Both the position numbers and the translations under genes were made by a program. The notes below the pieces were generated by a model. That model had not been told where the DNA came from, did no database searches, and worked only from the letters and a program-made list of their open reading frames with translations. Source: Patescibacteria group bacterium (GTDB lineage Bacteria; Patescibacteriota; Patescibacteriia; JAXHNJ01). Taken from it: DNA of 64,000 bases. Below, one piece after another: positions 35,732-46,530 of this stretch. The stretch spans positions 196,964-260,963 of the forward strand of contig JBAZMP010000002.1 in the NCBI GenBank assembly GCA_041649715.1, in the 5' to 3' direction. Numbering within the stretch: the stretch's first letter is position 1; each line of letters opens with the position of its first letter.

Positions 35732-38459
35732 TACCAAAGTCACAAAGGGGATAAAATGGGGCGTCTTTATAACCGCCGGTATATTGCTGGTGATTATCGC
35801 CTTTACTTTTTTAATATCTTATCTTACCACTCTTTCAGGTTACTACCCGATGCTGGGATACAATGATTTTTTGGCCAATGCCTCCCGCGCGCGTTTTATG
35901 CTGGACTTCTGGCCGCATATTAACTGGAATCATGAGTGGGGCTCAGGGATGCCTTTCTTTTTGTGGTACGCCCCCTTTCCTTTTTATTTGATAATTTTAT
36001 TCGCCAAAATATTCTCGGACATTGAGATGGGATTAGCGGTGATTAATGTTTTGAGCTTCGCTTTTATGGGGGTGGGGGTTTACGGTATAGTCTATACGGT
36101 GACCAGAAAGAGATTATTGGCGGTATTTTCCGCTTTTTTATCCATCAGCTTGCCGGCTTATTGGTATCGTATTCTTGCCGGAACCGTTCCCCGAACAATT
36201 TCTACCGCTTTTATGATGGTCAGCCTTTGGTTTCTAGTCCGGCTCTTAAAGGATTATTATGAAAATAATCAAAAGATAAATAAAAAAATATTTGTTTTTT
36301 TGATAATCTTTCTGACTTTAAGTTTGCAAAACCACATCTATATTACCGCCGTGACCGGTCTATTCGTTTTGATCATTATTTTTGTACTGGTCCGCGGCTT
36401 AAAAGAAAAAATAAAGATGTTGTTTAAAATAGTCACTTTGCCCCTGTTGCTGAGTTTTTATTTTTTATTCCCGTTTTTTGTCACCTTATCGCAATCCGTT
36501 CTCATAAAAAAAACGTCCATTGGTATTTACAAAGCCGAACCGGCGGATCTGGCTTTGTATCTTTTTCATAATCCAGACAAATTAGTGATCAATGGAGGGG
36601 GCTTAAATCCGCTCGTCCTGCCTTTTATCGTCATTTTTTTGTTGGTGGTTTTATTCGGCCGGCTAACCCGGGGTGATTCTTTTGGTAAAAGGATGATCAT
36701 CTGTTTTTTTCTTTTAACCGTGATGCTAGTCCTTTTTGGGACAGCCATCTATTTGGGTTACCCGGCCAACTGGTACTCGGTCAATTCCGTGCCCGATGAA
36801 GGATTTTATTTTCTTGCTTTAGTCACGCCTGTTCTCTGGGGCATTTTATTTTATTACATTTTCGGTAAACGGCGCTTCCTTTACTATACCTTTATGGCGG
36901 CCTTTTTTGTCGCCTTGGGCCTGGTTATCTGGTGGCAGTATCCGCAAAGGAACACTTATTCTGTTCGCAGTCACGATAACTACCCCACCAGTCAGGAAAA
37001 CCGTGAAGCGAATACGATTAACAAGATGCTAAAAAACGATATGACCGAATTGCAGTATCGCTTTGCCCACCCGGCTACGGAAATTGCCTTATATTTTAAC
37101 TATATTTATCGCATTCCCCAAACCCGAGATTTTTTCGCCCAGGGGGATTTACACCCTGACTGGCGGCCGTGGCTTGAGAATGCCATTTGGGAATGGAAAA
37201 ATAATTACAACGAAGTCAACTTCCTTTTAGATTGGTATGGGATAAAATGGTTTGCCGTTTGTAGTCCGGCGGATGTGGTAACCATGAGCGAAAAATACGA
37301 AAAAGAGCCGGATTTATACCAGAGGGCGGTAGAAAACGACAATTTTCAGGGCTTTATTTATAAAAACTTTTCACCGATTCTTTCCGCCAGCCAGTCCCCA
37401 AGCTTGTTAATTGTGGGAGCCAAAGAACAGAACAAATCTTACGACCCCGTTTTAAGAGACTTGGCCTTGCTTAATATCAATAGTCAGTATTTAATTCCGG
37501 TAAGAGGAAAAGATTATATTGAGGATTATAGTTTAGATGAACTGTCAAAATTTGATTCGGTTATTCTTTACCAGTATAAAATAAAAAATATCGAGAAGAT
37601 GGCGAATCTACTCAACAATTACGTGGAAAATGGCGGGGGCTTAATTATTGAAGCCAGCGACTTCGTTGATGATAGCCTGAAGTCCGAACTCGCCAAAAAA
37701 ATACTAGGCGTTTATATAAGGGAAATAAATGTCAACAGAGATTGGCAGTTTGAAGCGGGCAACTCCGCAATTGCCTCCGGCATTGATTTCACCGAATTTT
37801 CCCCAGCCCTTTATTTAGACAGCCCCTGGAAAGTTTACGTGAACCCAGTAAAAAACGATCAAGTTGAGAATGTTTTGCTGACCGATGGCCAGCCGGTGGT
37901 CATGGCCAAAAACTTTGGTCAAGGAAGGGTTATTTTTTCCGGCCTTAACCTGCCTTATCATATTCGTAACAATAACCAGCTTAATCTTGAAGAGACGAAA
38001 TTCCTGAATAATATGTATAAGTGGGTATTGAACGGTGACTTGGAAAAAGCCGTCCCGGTAAATTATGAGATGAAGTTCATTAGTCCGGAAAAAAGGGAAG
38101 TATCGTTGCGGGAAGAAGCAAGTGGCGTGGTCTTTAAGGAAAATTACTTTGCTAACTGGCACGCCTACTTAGAACAGGAGGGGGGCAAGACAAATTTGAC
38201 CATTTATCCGGCCGGGCCGGATTTCATGTATGTGCCTTTGCCAAGAAATTCGACGGGGGCGACACTTGTTTTTCAGTATAAAAAATCAACCCTGGAAGAT
38301 GTCAGCTTATACATCACCATCGTTATCGGTTTTGGCTTCGTCATCTATATCTTGGAAGGCTGGCTTTTTAAACCTATTCTGCCCAAGCTAAAACAATTGA
38401 CTCTCGGCCGGTTTTCCAAGCAAACACAAAAATGGTGGAATAAAGATGAAGAAGGGTAA
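35724..38459 (+). CDS. giant polytopic membrane protein, GT-C-like (paralog A2) with C-terminal TM + WWNKDEEG tail
   Basis: 911 aa, paralogous to 32888..35731 (GYNDFLA...WPHINWNHEWGSGMP; shared YILEGWLFKPIL helix). Tail is QKWWNKDEEG. Confidence 0.5.
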   Translation: MNNTKVTKGIKWGVFITAGILLVIIAFTFLISYLTTLSGYYPMLGYNDFLANASRARFMLDFWPHINWNHEWGSGMPFFLWYAPFPFYLIILFAKIFSDIEMGLAVINVLSFAFMGVGVYGIVYTVTRKRLLAVFSAFLSISLPAYWYRILAGTVPRTISTAFMMVSLWFLVRLLKDYYENNQKINKKIFVFLIIFLTLSLQNHIYITAVTGLFVLIIIFVLVRGLKEKIKMLFKIVTLPLLLSFYFLFPFFVTLSQSVLIKKTSIGIYKAEPADLALYLFHNPDKLVINGGGLNPLVLPFIVIFLLVVLFGRLTRGDSFGKRMIICFFLLTVMLVLFGTAIYLGYPANWYSVNSVPDEGFYFLALVTPVLWGILFYYIFGKRRFLYYTFMAAFFVALGLVIWWQYPQRNTYSVRSHDNYPTSQENREANTINKMLKNDMTELQYRFAHPATEIALYFNYIYRIPQTRDFFAQGDLHPDWRPWLENAIWEWKNNYNEVNFLLDWYGIKWFAVCSPADVVTMSEKYEKEPDLYQRAVENDNFQGFIYKNFSPILSASQSPSLLIVGAKEQNKSYDPVLRDLALLNINSQYLIPVRGKDYIEDYSLDELSKFDSVILYQYKIKNIEKMANLLNNYVENGGGLIIEASDFVDDSLKSELAKKILGVYIREINVNRDWQFEAGNSAIASGIDFTEFSPALYLDSPWKVYVNPVKNDQVENVLLTDGQPVVMAKNFGQGRVIFSGLNLPYHIRNNNQLNLEETKFLNNMYKWVLNGDLEKAVPVNYEMKFISPEKREVSLREEASGVVFKENYFANWHAYLEQEGGKTNLTIYPAGPDFMYVPLPRNSTGATLVFQYKKSTLEDVSLYITIVIGFGFVIYILEGWLFKPILPKLKQLTLGRFSKQTQKWWNKDEEG

Positions 38460-38463
38460 CCAT

Positions 38464-39180
38464 ATGTCTAGAATATCTATTGCCGAGGAAAAAAGATATT
38501 TCTGGCGGACAGCCAACCCGTACCTTAAAAAAATTGAAAGTGAATTATTGGATTCAATTTTCAGGCCTCTGGCCGGCGGCAATATCCTAGAGGTCGGTTG
38601 CGGCACCGGCGCCAACTTTTTTTTCCTAAAAAAATATTTTTCTGATTTAACCGGCGTGGACCCTTCGGAGAAATCTTTGTCAATCGGGCGCCAACAGGTT
38701 AAGGAAGCAAAATTTTTTTCTGGTCGTGCACAAGTCTTGCCCTTTCCTGATGAGAGTTTTGACGTTATTTTTATGCGGGATGTCTTGCATCATATTTCTG
38801 ACATTCAGGATAAGAGATTGTCCTTGAGGGAAATGAAAAGAGTCTGCCGGAAAGGCGGACAGATCATCCTAATTGAACCTAATTACCGAAATATCATTAT
38901 ATTTTTTCAGTGGTTGTTACGGCCGGAAGAGAAAGGCCTGAAGGATTCAAGAGCCGATTGGCTCAAGAGATGGTTTGAAGAAGAAAATTTTAGTAGAATA
39001 GAAATCAGTCAGGCGGAGCCGCTGCCCCTGGATCGTTTGATCCTCCATTTCCGGACCGGCTGGCCGGCCTTAAGCCGTTTCTTTCTTTTTCGAAAATCAT
39101 TATCTTTTATCAATTCGATCTATAAATTATTAATTCCCCGGAAATTTTGGGCGTATCTTATCTTAAAAACCGAGAAATAA
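38464..39180 (+). CDS. class I SAM-dependent methyltransferase
   Basis: ILEVGCGTGANFFFL motif I. Start set at ATG 38464. Confidence 0.75.
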   Translation: MSRISIAEEKRYFWRTANPYLKKIESELLDSIFRPLAGGNILEVGCGTGANFFFLKKYFSDLTGVDPSEKSLSIGRQQVKEAKFFSGRAQVLPFPDESFDVIFMRDVLHHISDIQDKRLSLREMKRVCRKGGQIILIEPNYRNIIIFFQWLLRPEEKGLKDSRADWLKRWFEEENFSRIEISQAEPLPLDRLILHFRTGWPALSRFFLFRKSLSFINSIYKLLIPRKFWAYLILKTEK

Positions 39181-39182
39181 AT

Positions 39183-39860
39183 ATGAAAGTCAGTATTATC
39201 GTCCCAACAAAAAATGAGGAGAAAAATATCAAGGAGATTTTAGATAAAGCCAAAAAATTTGGCGAGGAAATTTTAGTCGTAGACGGTCATTCCACGGATA
39301 AAACGCCAGATATCGTGCAAGCAACGGGCGTGAAACTAATAGAGGATCAGGGTTTAGGCAAGGGAGAAGCCCTGCGTCGAGCAATTAAGGAAACTTCAGC
39401 TGATATCATGGTTTTTATAGATGCAGACGGTTCGCATAATTCCGAGGATATCCCGAAACTGATTGAGCCTATAAAAGATAACCAAGCCGATTTAGTGATC
39501 GCTTCCCGGAGGACCGGCGGATCGGACGAATTGTACGGCGACCTCAATAAGTTTTTCCGCGAATTAGGCAGCAATATTATTACTCTGCTGATCAACCATC
39601 ATTTTAAGACCGCCGTGACCGACAGCCAAAATGGTTTCCGGGCAATTAAAGCGTCCTTGGCAAAAGAATTGGATTTAAAAGAAAACATCACCACCATTGA
39701 ACAAGAAATGTTAATTAAGGTTTTAAGGAAAGGTGGCCGGGTGACGGAAATACCCAGTCATGAAAATAAAAGGAAATATGGCTGTTCTGTCATTAAATTG
39801 TCAAAGGTTTGGTGGCGCTATATATACAGTTGTCTTAAATATTTATATTTTTATTCATGA
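39183..39860 (+). CDS. family 2 glycosyltransferase (polyprenyl-phosphate sugar synthase-like)
   Basis: MKVSIIVPTKNEEKNI...VVDGHSTD...FIDADGSH is the GT2 DxD-type layout, as in DPM1/GtrB-like enzymes. Confidence 0.75.
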   Translation: MKVSIIVPTKNEEKNIKEILDKAKKFGEEILVVDGHSTDKTPDIVQATGVKLIEDQGLGKGEALRRAIKETSADIMVFIDADGSHNSEDIPKLIEPIKDNQADLVIASRRTGGSDELYGDLNKFFRELGSNIITLLINHHFKTAVTDSQNGFRAIKASLAKELDLKENITTIEQEMLIKVLRKGGRVTEIPSHENKRKYGCSVIKLSKVWWRYIYSCLKYLYFYS

Positions 39861-41272
39861 GAATATATCTAGTGAATCCTCCCGCTCCCGATGGCATAGC
39901 CATGGTCAGAGAGGGGAGATGCATGCAACGTAAAGGGGCGTGGACCGCGGTTTGGGCGCCAATTTCTCTAGCGACCATGGGAGCCATCTTTGAAAAAGAA
40001 GGCTATGCGGTTAAATTGAACGATTGCATCGTGGAAAACATTGATTTTAGGCAATTGGAAAAGATTATACGGCAATTTTCCCCGTCGGTAGTGATTATTA
40101 ACACGGCCACTCCCTCGATTGAGAGCGATTTAAAAGTGGCGGCTCTGGCCAAATCAATTGACCGCCGTATTCTGACCGTGGTTTTTGGCATCCACGTCAC
40201 CGCTTTGCCCAAAGAAACGTTAGAAATGGCAAAAGATCTTGACCTAGTGGTGCGCGGGGAGCCCGAGGAAACGGTTAAAGAGATTGCCGCTTATTTAAAT
40301 CGAGGCGATAGATTGGAAAACATAAAAGGCCTTTCCTACCGGAAGAACGGCCAGATTATTCAACAAGAAGACCGGCCCCTGGTTCAAAATTTGGACACCT
40401 TTCCCTTTCCGGCTTGGCACTTGGTGGATATTTCAAAATACACCTTGCCTTTTAAAAACAAACCCTTCCTATTAGTGGATACCGGCCGCGGCTGTCCCTT
40501 CAACTGCACCTTTTGTTCCGCGGCCGCATTTTACGGCCATCAGGTAAGATTACGCTCGGTAAAAAATTTAGTCGATGAGCTGGTTTACATAAAGGATAAA
40601 TACAAGGTTGATGAATTTCTTTTCTGGACGGAAAGTTTCACTTTAAATAATGATTATGCTAAGGCCGTCTGTCGGGAAATAATCAGCCGGCATTTAAAGA
40701 TCGGTTTTGTCTGTAATTCTCGCGTGACCGGGATCGACAGGGAACTGCTGGCCTTAATCAAAAAGGCGGGTGGTTGGATGATCGGCTACGGGGTGGAATC
40801 AGGTAGCCAGAAAATACTTGACCAGGCAAAGAAGGGAATCACGCTCAAGCAGATCGAAGAAGCGGTCAATCTGGCGAAAGAGGTGGGTTTAGATGTGACG
40901 GCTCATGTGATTTTTGGTCTGCCCGGCGAAACGCAGGAAACGATGCGAGAAACCTTAAAATTTTGTTTAAGATTACCCTTGGATTATGCCCAGTTTTACT
41001 GCGCCGTGCCTTTTCCCGGCTCCCAGTTTTATCAAGAGGCCAAGCAGAATAATTGGCTCGTGGATTCGCGCTGGCCCTACCTTGAACAGAATTTCTGTGT
41101 CATAGATTATTTCTCTCTTTCCAGCCGCCAGATCATGGATTTTCGGCGCCAAGCCTTTCGTAAGTTTTACCTGCGGCCGAAAATGATTTTCAAGGCGCTC
41201 GGAAGGATTGATTCGTGGTGGAGCATTAAATATTTCTTCTCCATGCTTAAGGATTTTTTAACCTGGATTTAA
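39857..41272 (+). CDS. B12-binding domain radical SAM protein
   Basis: N-terminal B12-binding-like domain. Triad CPFNCTFC. Confidence 0.85.
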   Translation: MRIYLVNPPAPDGIAMVREGRCMQRKGAWTAVWAPISLATMGAIFEKEGYAVKLNDCIVENIDFRQLEKIIRQFSPSVVIINTATPSIESDLKVAALAKSIDRRILTVVFGIHVTALPKETLEMAKDLDLVVRGEPEETVKEIAAYLNRGDRLENIKGLSYRKNGQIIQQEDRPLVQNLDTFPFPAWHLVDISKYTLPFKNKPFLLVDTGRGCPFNCTFCSAAAFYGHQVRLRSVKNLVDELVYIKDKYKVDEFLFWTESFTLNNDYAKAVCREIISRHLKIGFVCNSRVTGIDRELLALIKKAGGWMIGYGVESGSQKILDQAKKGITLKQIEEAVNLAKEVGLDVTAHVIFGLPGETQETMRETLKFCLRLPLDYAQFYCAVPFPGSQFYQEAKQNNWLVDSRWPYLEQNFCVIDYFSLSSRQIMDFRRQAFRKFYLRPKMIFKALGRIDSWWSIKYFFSMLKDFLTWI

Positions 41273-41273
41273 T

Positions 41274-42161
41274 ATGACCGCCTGCGATATCGGGATCATG
41301 GCCTACAATGAAGAAAAGAATATCAGCCGATTGCTGGAAGCTTTGCTTAACCAAAAATTGAGCCGAGTCAAAATCTCCCATATTTTTGTCATTGCCTCGG
41401 GCTGTACTGACCGGACGGAAGAAATCGTCCGCGAATATATAAAAAAGGATAATCGCATCAGGCTAATCAGTCAGAAAAAGCGGGAGGGTAAATCCTCGGC
41501 CATTAATTTTTTTATCAAGGAAGCCAGGGAGAATATCTTGGTCTTGGAAAGCGGCGATACTTTACCGGTAGAAAATACCATTGAGAACCTCATTTTGCCC
41601 TTTTCCGAACCTGAAGTCGGGATGACCGGAGCCCATGTCATTCCTTTAAACAAGGATAATACCCCTGTTGGTTTTGCGGTCCAAACACTTTGGCGGCTGC
41701 ATCATCTTATCGCCTTAAAAATCCCCAAAATGGGGGAGCTCGTCGCTTTCCGGAAAATTTTCCAAATGATACCCAAAACCTCAGCCGTGGACGAGGCCAA
41801 CATCGAGCCTTTGGTAAAAGGACAGGGTTATCGTTTGGTTTATGTGCCGGAAGCGATCGTCTATAACCGCGGGCCGGAGAATGTCCGCGAATTTATCCGC
41901 CAGCGCAAAAGAATTAACATCGGCCTTTTGGCGTTGAAAGAGAACCAGGGCTATATGGTGGCTACGATGAGCGGCCGGCGGGTTTTCCTGACGCTGATGA
42001 GAAACTTTAAATTTTCCGTCAAATCTCTCGCCTATACTCCCATCGTCATCGGGCTAGAAGTATGGGCAAGGATCTTGGCGGCTTATGCCTATCATTATAA
42101 AAAAGACAGTCAGACCGTGTGGGAGATCTGTCCTTCCACCAAGAAACTTAATCATGATTAG
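41274..42161 (+). CDS. family 2 glycosyltransferase
   Basis: IGIMAYNEEKNISRLL...VIASGCTD...LESGD GT2 motifs. Confidence 0.7.
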   Translation: MTACDIGIMAYNEEKNISRLLEALLNQKLSRVKISHIFVIASGCTDRTEEIVREYIKKDNRIRLISQKKREGKSSAINFFIKEARENILVLESGDTLPVENTIENLILPFSEPEVGMTGAHVIPLNKDNTPVGFAVQTLWRLHHLIALKIPKMGELVAFRKIFQMIPKTSAVDEANIEPLVKGQGYRLVYVPEAIVYNRGPENVREFIRQRKRINIGLLALKENQGYMVATMSGRRVFLTLMRNFKFSVKSLAYTPIVIGLEVWARILAAYAYHYKKDSQTVWEICPSTKKLNHD

Positions 42162-43224
42162 AATATTTTTAAAAACCTTTTTATACCGTCTTTTCCGGCG
42201 CTTTGGCTGGCCAAAAGTCAAGCCAGTCAATTTTACTTTAGGTATTTCTTGCGTCTGTAATTCTCGTTGCCAAACCTGCCATATCTGGGAGAAAAAAGTG
42301 GAAGAGCTAAAAATAGAGGAATGGGAAAAGATATTAAAAAAAATCGGGTCAGGTATTTTTTGGGTGACTATTTCCGGAGGCGAGCCTTTTTTGGCCTCTC
42401 ATCTGGTGGCATTAGTCAAATTGGTGAAAATTTATCTCCAACCAAATATTATCACCATTCCGACTAACGGTCTGCTGACAGAAGTGATTATAGATAAAGT
42501 CAAGAGGATTTGTGAAGAAAATAATAAAGTGAAAATAATAATCAATTTCTCTTTGGACGGTTTAGGGCCAAGACAAGATGAGATCAGGGGAGTTGAGGGG
42601 TCTTTCGAGAAGTTAATCAAAACTTATCGGGGGGTAAAACAGCTCGATTATGACAATTTGACGGTGGGGATCCACACCGTCATTTCCAAACTTAATACTA
42701 AAGATCTGCCGACACTCTTTAATTTCGTCCTGGACGAATTAAAACCGGATCAATATATCACCGAGATCGCCGAGAGGAGAGTAGAGCTAGACAATTTAAC
42801 TTATGACATTACGCCCTCGCCGGAAGAATACAGCCTGATTATTGATTCGCTGCGTGAAAAAATAAAAAAGCATGAATTTAAAAAAGTCGGCCGTATTACT
42901 GAAGCTTTCCGCCTGGAATATTATCAAGCAGTCAAGAGAATTTTGCGCGAGGAGACACAAGTAATTCCTTGCTACGCAGGAGTGGCTTCGGCGCAGATTT
43001 CGGCGGACGGGCAGATCTGGCCCTGCTGTATCCGAGCGGATAATTTGGGCAATTTGAGAGACAATAATTATGATTTCAAAAAGGTTTGGTTTTCTCCGGA
43101 AGCAGGAAAAGTGAGGCGAAGCATTAAAAACAAAGAATGCGCCTGTCCCTTGGCCAATGCTTTTTACACCAATATGTTGGGTCATAACCGCACTTTACTT
43201 AAAGTCATTACTCATTTAAGATGA
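42154..43224 (+). CDS. radical SAM protein with C-terminal SPASM/twitch-like Cys cluster
   Basis: CxxxCxxC triad in CNSRCQTC. C-terminal CYAGV...PCC...C.C Cys-rich region. Start at internal ATG 42154. Confidence 0.7.
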   Translation: MIRIFLKTFLYRLFRRFGWPKVKPVNFTLGISCVCNSRCQTCHIWEKKVEELKIEEWEKILKKIGSGIFWVTISGGEPFLASHLVALVKLVKIYLQPNIITIPTNGLLTEVIIDKVKRICEENNKVKIIINFSLDGLGPRQDEIRGVEGSFEKLIKTYRGVKQLDYDNLTVGIHTVISKLNTKDLPTLFNFVLDELKPDQYITEIAERRVELDNLTYDITPSPEEYSLIIDSLREKIKKHEFKKVGRITEAFRLEYYQAVKRILREETQVIPCYAGVASAQISADGQIWPCCIRADNLGNLRDNNYDFKKVWFSPEAGKVRRSIKNKECACPLANAFYTNMLGHNRTLLKVITHLR

Positions 43225-44129
43225 TGAACAATTTAAAAAAAATAATCGTCTGCCCCGTGTGTCTTAAGGGTTTATCCCTTAAAATGGGCCATTATTATTG
43301 TCCAGAGTGCGGCCGATCTTATGCCGTAAAAGAAGGAATACCGGTTTTAGTGAAAGGAGAAATATTCGACTCACAGATCCAAAATAAGGAATATGAGTGG
43401 AAAAGAAAGGAGATATTGGTTTTTGATGCAGTTGATGATTACGAGAAATTCATGTCCCGGCCTTATTTCCGCGATTTAAAAGAACAAATCAGCCAGGAGC
43501 TGAAACTCTTAAAAGATAATAAAAACGAGGTTTTGGAAGTCGGGGCGGGGATCAGTCTTTTCGCGCCGATGTTCGCCGATAAAAATCTGGTTTTAACCGA
43601 TTTAAGCTTTTCTCTTTTAAGAAAAAACGAAGCCCATATTTTCAAAGTGGTGGCGGACGGAGAATATCTGCCCTTTGCCGATCAAAGTTTTGATTTTATT
43701 TATGTGATTGGTTTGATCCATCATCTCCCGAACCAAAGGAGAGGTTTAAAAGAGCTCAAACGCCTAGTCAGGCCCGGCGGCCAGATTTTTTTAAGCGAGC
43801 CGACTAAATGGAGTTTTAATTTGATTTATTATCTGGTCCGCCGCCTCTTATTAAAAATTATGGGTGAAAGATGGCTGAAACGACTGAGCGGCTGCGGCAC
43901 GCCTTATGAATCCTTTATTAATTTAAAGTTGGTCAAAGAAATATTTAAAGATGATTTTGAAATAAAAGTGAAGAAAATTTTCCCTTGCCGCTGGCCACCT
44001 CTGTTATTCTTAGAGAAAATGAAGATTATCGTGCCCCTGAATAAATTTTGGCAGAAAGTGCCACTGGTCCGGAATTTCGGCAGCATTATTTTTATCACCC
44101 TGACGCGGAAAAAATACTATGGAGTATGA
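43221..44129 (+). CDS. SAM methyltransferase with N-terminal Trm112-like zinc ribbon
   Basis: CPVC...CPEC...GIPVLV Trm112-like N-terminus. Then VLEVGAG...GEYLPFADQSFDFIY as the methyltransferase core. Confidence 0.65.
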   Translation: MMNNLKKIIVCPVCLKGLSLKMGHYYCPECGRSYAVKEGIPVLVKGEIFDSQIQNKEYEWKRKEILVFDAVDDYEKFMSRPYFRDLKEQISQELKLLKDNKNEVLEVGAGISLFAPMFADKNLVLTDLSFSLLRKNEAHIFKVVADGEYLPFADQSFDFIYVIGLIHHLPNQRRGLKELKRLVRPGGQIFLSEPTKWSFNLIYYLVRRLLLKIMGERWLKRLSGCGTPYESFINLKLVKEIFKDDFEIKVKKIFPCRWPPLLFLEKMKIIVPLNKFWQKVPLVRNFGSIIFITLTRKKYYGV

Positions 44130-44733
44130 CGAAAAAATCGGCTACGGCTCCAATTATGAAAAATATCTATTAAGCGGGATTTTCCGCCGTTTGATTGAAA
44201 AACTCAAGATTCAAGCCGTTTTAGAATATCCCGCGAATCGTTTAATGGGGAACCATGAAGAGCTGTTTGAAGGTTTGGATATAAAAATCAATCCGCCGAC
44301 GGCGGATCTGGTCTGGAATTTCTGCGAGTATGAGCAAAGTGAAGACCGGGATTTGCTTTTTAAAGAAATGCTCAATCGGAGCCAAAAGTACATATTAGTC
44401 ATTACCGGCAATAAAAGAAATTTAGGGGTAATTTTGCACCGGCTTTGGCATTTAATGATTTTTAAATCTTGGGACCATGGCCGACTGGATTTGATGGATT
44501 ATAAAAAAGTAGAAAAGAGGGCGAAAAGATTTGATCATTTGAAAATCATCAAGAAGGGAACTTTTGACGTACCCTGGTTTATTTTGGACGTCTATGAGTG
44601 TGGCCGGTTTCTAAAAAAATTTATCCCTCATAAGGATGATATGCCGGTAAAGCCGTCATTTTGGGAAAGATGGCCGTGGTTTATCAAGAAATATATGGCG
44701 CATCATTTTTATGTGCTGATGGAAAAAATATGA
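44119..44733 (+). CDS. hypothetical protein
   Basis: 204-aa ORF, translationally coupled to its neighbours (ATGA overlap at 44730). No motifs recognised. Confidence 0.45.
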   Translation: MEYDEKIGYGSNYEKYLLSGIFRRLIEKLKIQAVLEYPANRLMGNHEELFEGLDIKINPPTADLVWNFCEYEQSEDRDLLFKEMLNRSQKYILVITGNKRNLGVILHRLWHLMIFKSWDHGRLDLMDYKKVEKRAKRFDHLKIIKKGTFDVPWFILDVYECGRFLKKFIPHKDDMPVKPSFWERWPWFIKKYMAHHFYVLMEKI

Positions 44734-46118
44734 AGGTTCTCTTGATTTATCCGAAAAGCAAAATTTGGAATATGCCGACCCAAAGGCCGCTGGGTTTGGG
44801 TTACTTGGCGGCGGTTTTAGAAAAAGCCGGTCATGAGGTAAAAATTTTTGATTGTATGGTAGAAGAAGGGTCGGCGGTGGACTACTGTTCTAATTTTTCG
44901 CCAGAGTTAGTCGGGATATCAGCTAATACTCCTTTGATCAAAAGCGCGTGGGAAATAGCCTCAGAAATCAAGAAAAAAGGTAATTCCTTTATCGTTTTGG
45001 GCGGGCCGCACCCCACGGCTTTGCCAGAGGAGTCTCTTAAACTCCCCTATATTGATGCCGTGGTGAGAGGTGAAGGAGAAGAAACGGTATTGGAATTGGT
45101 TGAAGCTTTGGCGGAGAAAAAAGGTTTGGCCGATATTTCCGGTCTTTCTTTTAAAGAAGGGGATAGTCTAATTCATAATCCGGCCAGGCCGTTGAATAAT
45201 AACCTAGACACTTTGCCTTGGCCGGCTTATCATCTTTACCAAAGTGACAAATATTCAGTGACCCAACCTTTACGTGACCGGCCTTTTGGAAAAGCCAAAG
45301 CATTTTATCTGATGACTTCACGGGGTTGCCCGTACGCCTGCAGTTTTTGTTTCAAGGGGATTTATGGCCTCTCCTGGCGACCCCGCACGCCAGAAAACGT
45401 AGTCGCCGAGTGGGACTTTTTAGTCAATAAGTTAGGCGCCACGGAGATCGGTGTCCAGGATGATTTGTTTAATTTCGACAAAAAAAGAGCCCTGAGAATT
45501 TGTGATCTGTTAGTCGAGAAGAATTTGAGTCATGTGCCTTGGATTACGAATAATGGTATCCGCGTCAATTTTGTCGATGAAGAGCTTTTAGCCGCCATGA
45601 AAAAAGCCGGTTGCAAAAGAGTGGCTTTTGGGGTGGAAAGCGGGGATCAGCGAATATTGGACCACATTCACAAAAAAATCACCTTGGAAATGGTAAGGAA
45701 GGCTTTTACGGCTGCTAAGAAAGTCGGTTTGGAAACCATGGGCTTTTTCATGTTCGGCAACCTGGGAGAAAATGAGGGAACAATGGAAAAGACGATTCAA
45801 TTTGCTTTAGAATTAGACCCTTTAGTTTCGCATTTCAGTGTGGCGACTCCCTTTCCGGGCACGGAGTTCTTTCAGAAAGTGGAAAAAGAAGGAAAATTTC
45901 TCACCCGCAATTGGGACGACTACGGCCTTTTAGAAGGCAGGGCCGTTTTCGAGCGGGGAGAAATAAAAGCGCCGCTTTTGGAAAGAAAGTGGCACGAAGC
46001 TTACCGACGATTTTATCTGAGGTCAAGAAGGATATTCCGAGAAATTTTCAAATTAAGCAACTGGTTGAATTTGCCTCGGCTGCTTAAGGCTGGTTTTCAG
46101 TATTTTTTTGGGAGCTGA
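44730..46118 (+). CDS. B12-binding domain radical SAM protein
   Basis: Paralog of 29386 (LGLGYLAAVLEKAGHEVKIFD). Triad CPYACSFC. Start at ATG 44730. Confidence 0.85.
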   Translation: MKVLLIYPKSKIWNMPTQRPLGLGYLAAVLEKAGHEVKIFDCMVEEGSAVDYCSNFSPELVGISANTPLIKSAWEIASEIKKKGNSFIVLGGPHPTALPEESLKLPYIDAVVRGEGEETVLELVEALAEKKGLADISGLSFKEGDSLIHNPARPLNNNLDTLPWPAYHLYQSDKYSVTQPLRDRPFGKAKAFYLMTSRGCPYACSFCFKGIYGLSWRPRTPENVVAEWDFLVNKLGATEIGVQDDLFNFDKKRALRICDLLVEKNLSHVPWITNNGIRVNFVDEELLAAMKKAGCKRVAFGVESGDQRILDHIHKKITLEMVRKAFTAAKKVGLETMGFFMFGNLGENEGTMEKTIQFALELDPLVSHFSVATPFPGTEFFQKVEKEGKFLTRNWDDYGLLEGRAVFERGEIKAPLLERKWHEAYRRFYLRSRRIFREIFKLSNWLNLPRLLKAGFQYFFGS

Positions 46119-46527
46119 GACTAGTCGGCCAGATGATCAGCTCATAGACGGCAAAATTCAGGGCGGCGCAGATGATGATGGCGATACCCAAGGCGAGAAG
46201 ATAATGCCAGCCGTAATTCAAAAGCACGTTATAAATAAAAAAATTCAAAGCCACGGTTAAAGCGGTCATCAAATAATAAAAGATTATTTTTTTGGTAAAT
46301 TCGCCGAGTTTTTTCACGCTTCTTTCCGACCAGGTCCAGAAATTGTTTAAGAAAAAGTTACTTAAGAGGGCCAGAAAGGTGGAGAAATACCAAGCCAGCC
46401 GGGGATTGATATGGAACCATTCCACCTCGGCGGTAATAACGGCGAAACCGACGACCACCCCGACCAGACCGACCAGACCGAATTTTATCACTTTGATAAA
46501 CATATTCATAATCATACCAAATATCAT
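46084..46527 (-). CDS. GtrA-family membrane protein (polyprenyl-sugar flippase component)
   Basis: 147 aa, four TM helices, with the GtrA-like KFGLVGLVGVVVGFAV N-terminus. Encoded antisense inside the + strand array. It overlaps the end of the upstream gene by 35 nt and starts 3 nt from the next + gene. Confidence 0.6.
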   Translation of the reverse strand: MIFGMIMNMFIKVIKFGLVGLVGVVVGFAVITAEVEWFHINPRLAWYFSTFLALLSNFFLNNFWTWSERSVKKLGEFTKKIIFYYLMTALTVALNFFIYNVLLNYGWHYLLALGIAIIICAALNFAVYELIIWPTSLSSQKNTENQP

Positions 46528-46530
46528 TCT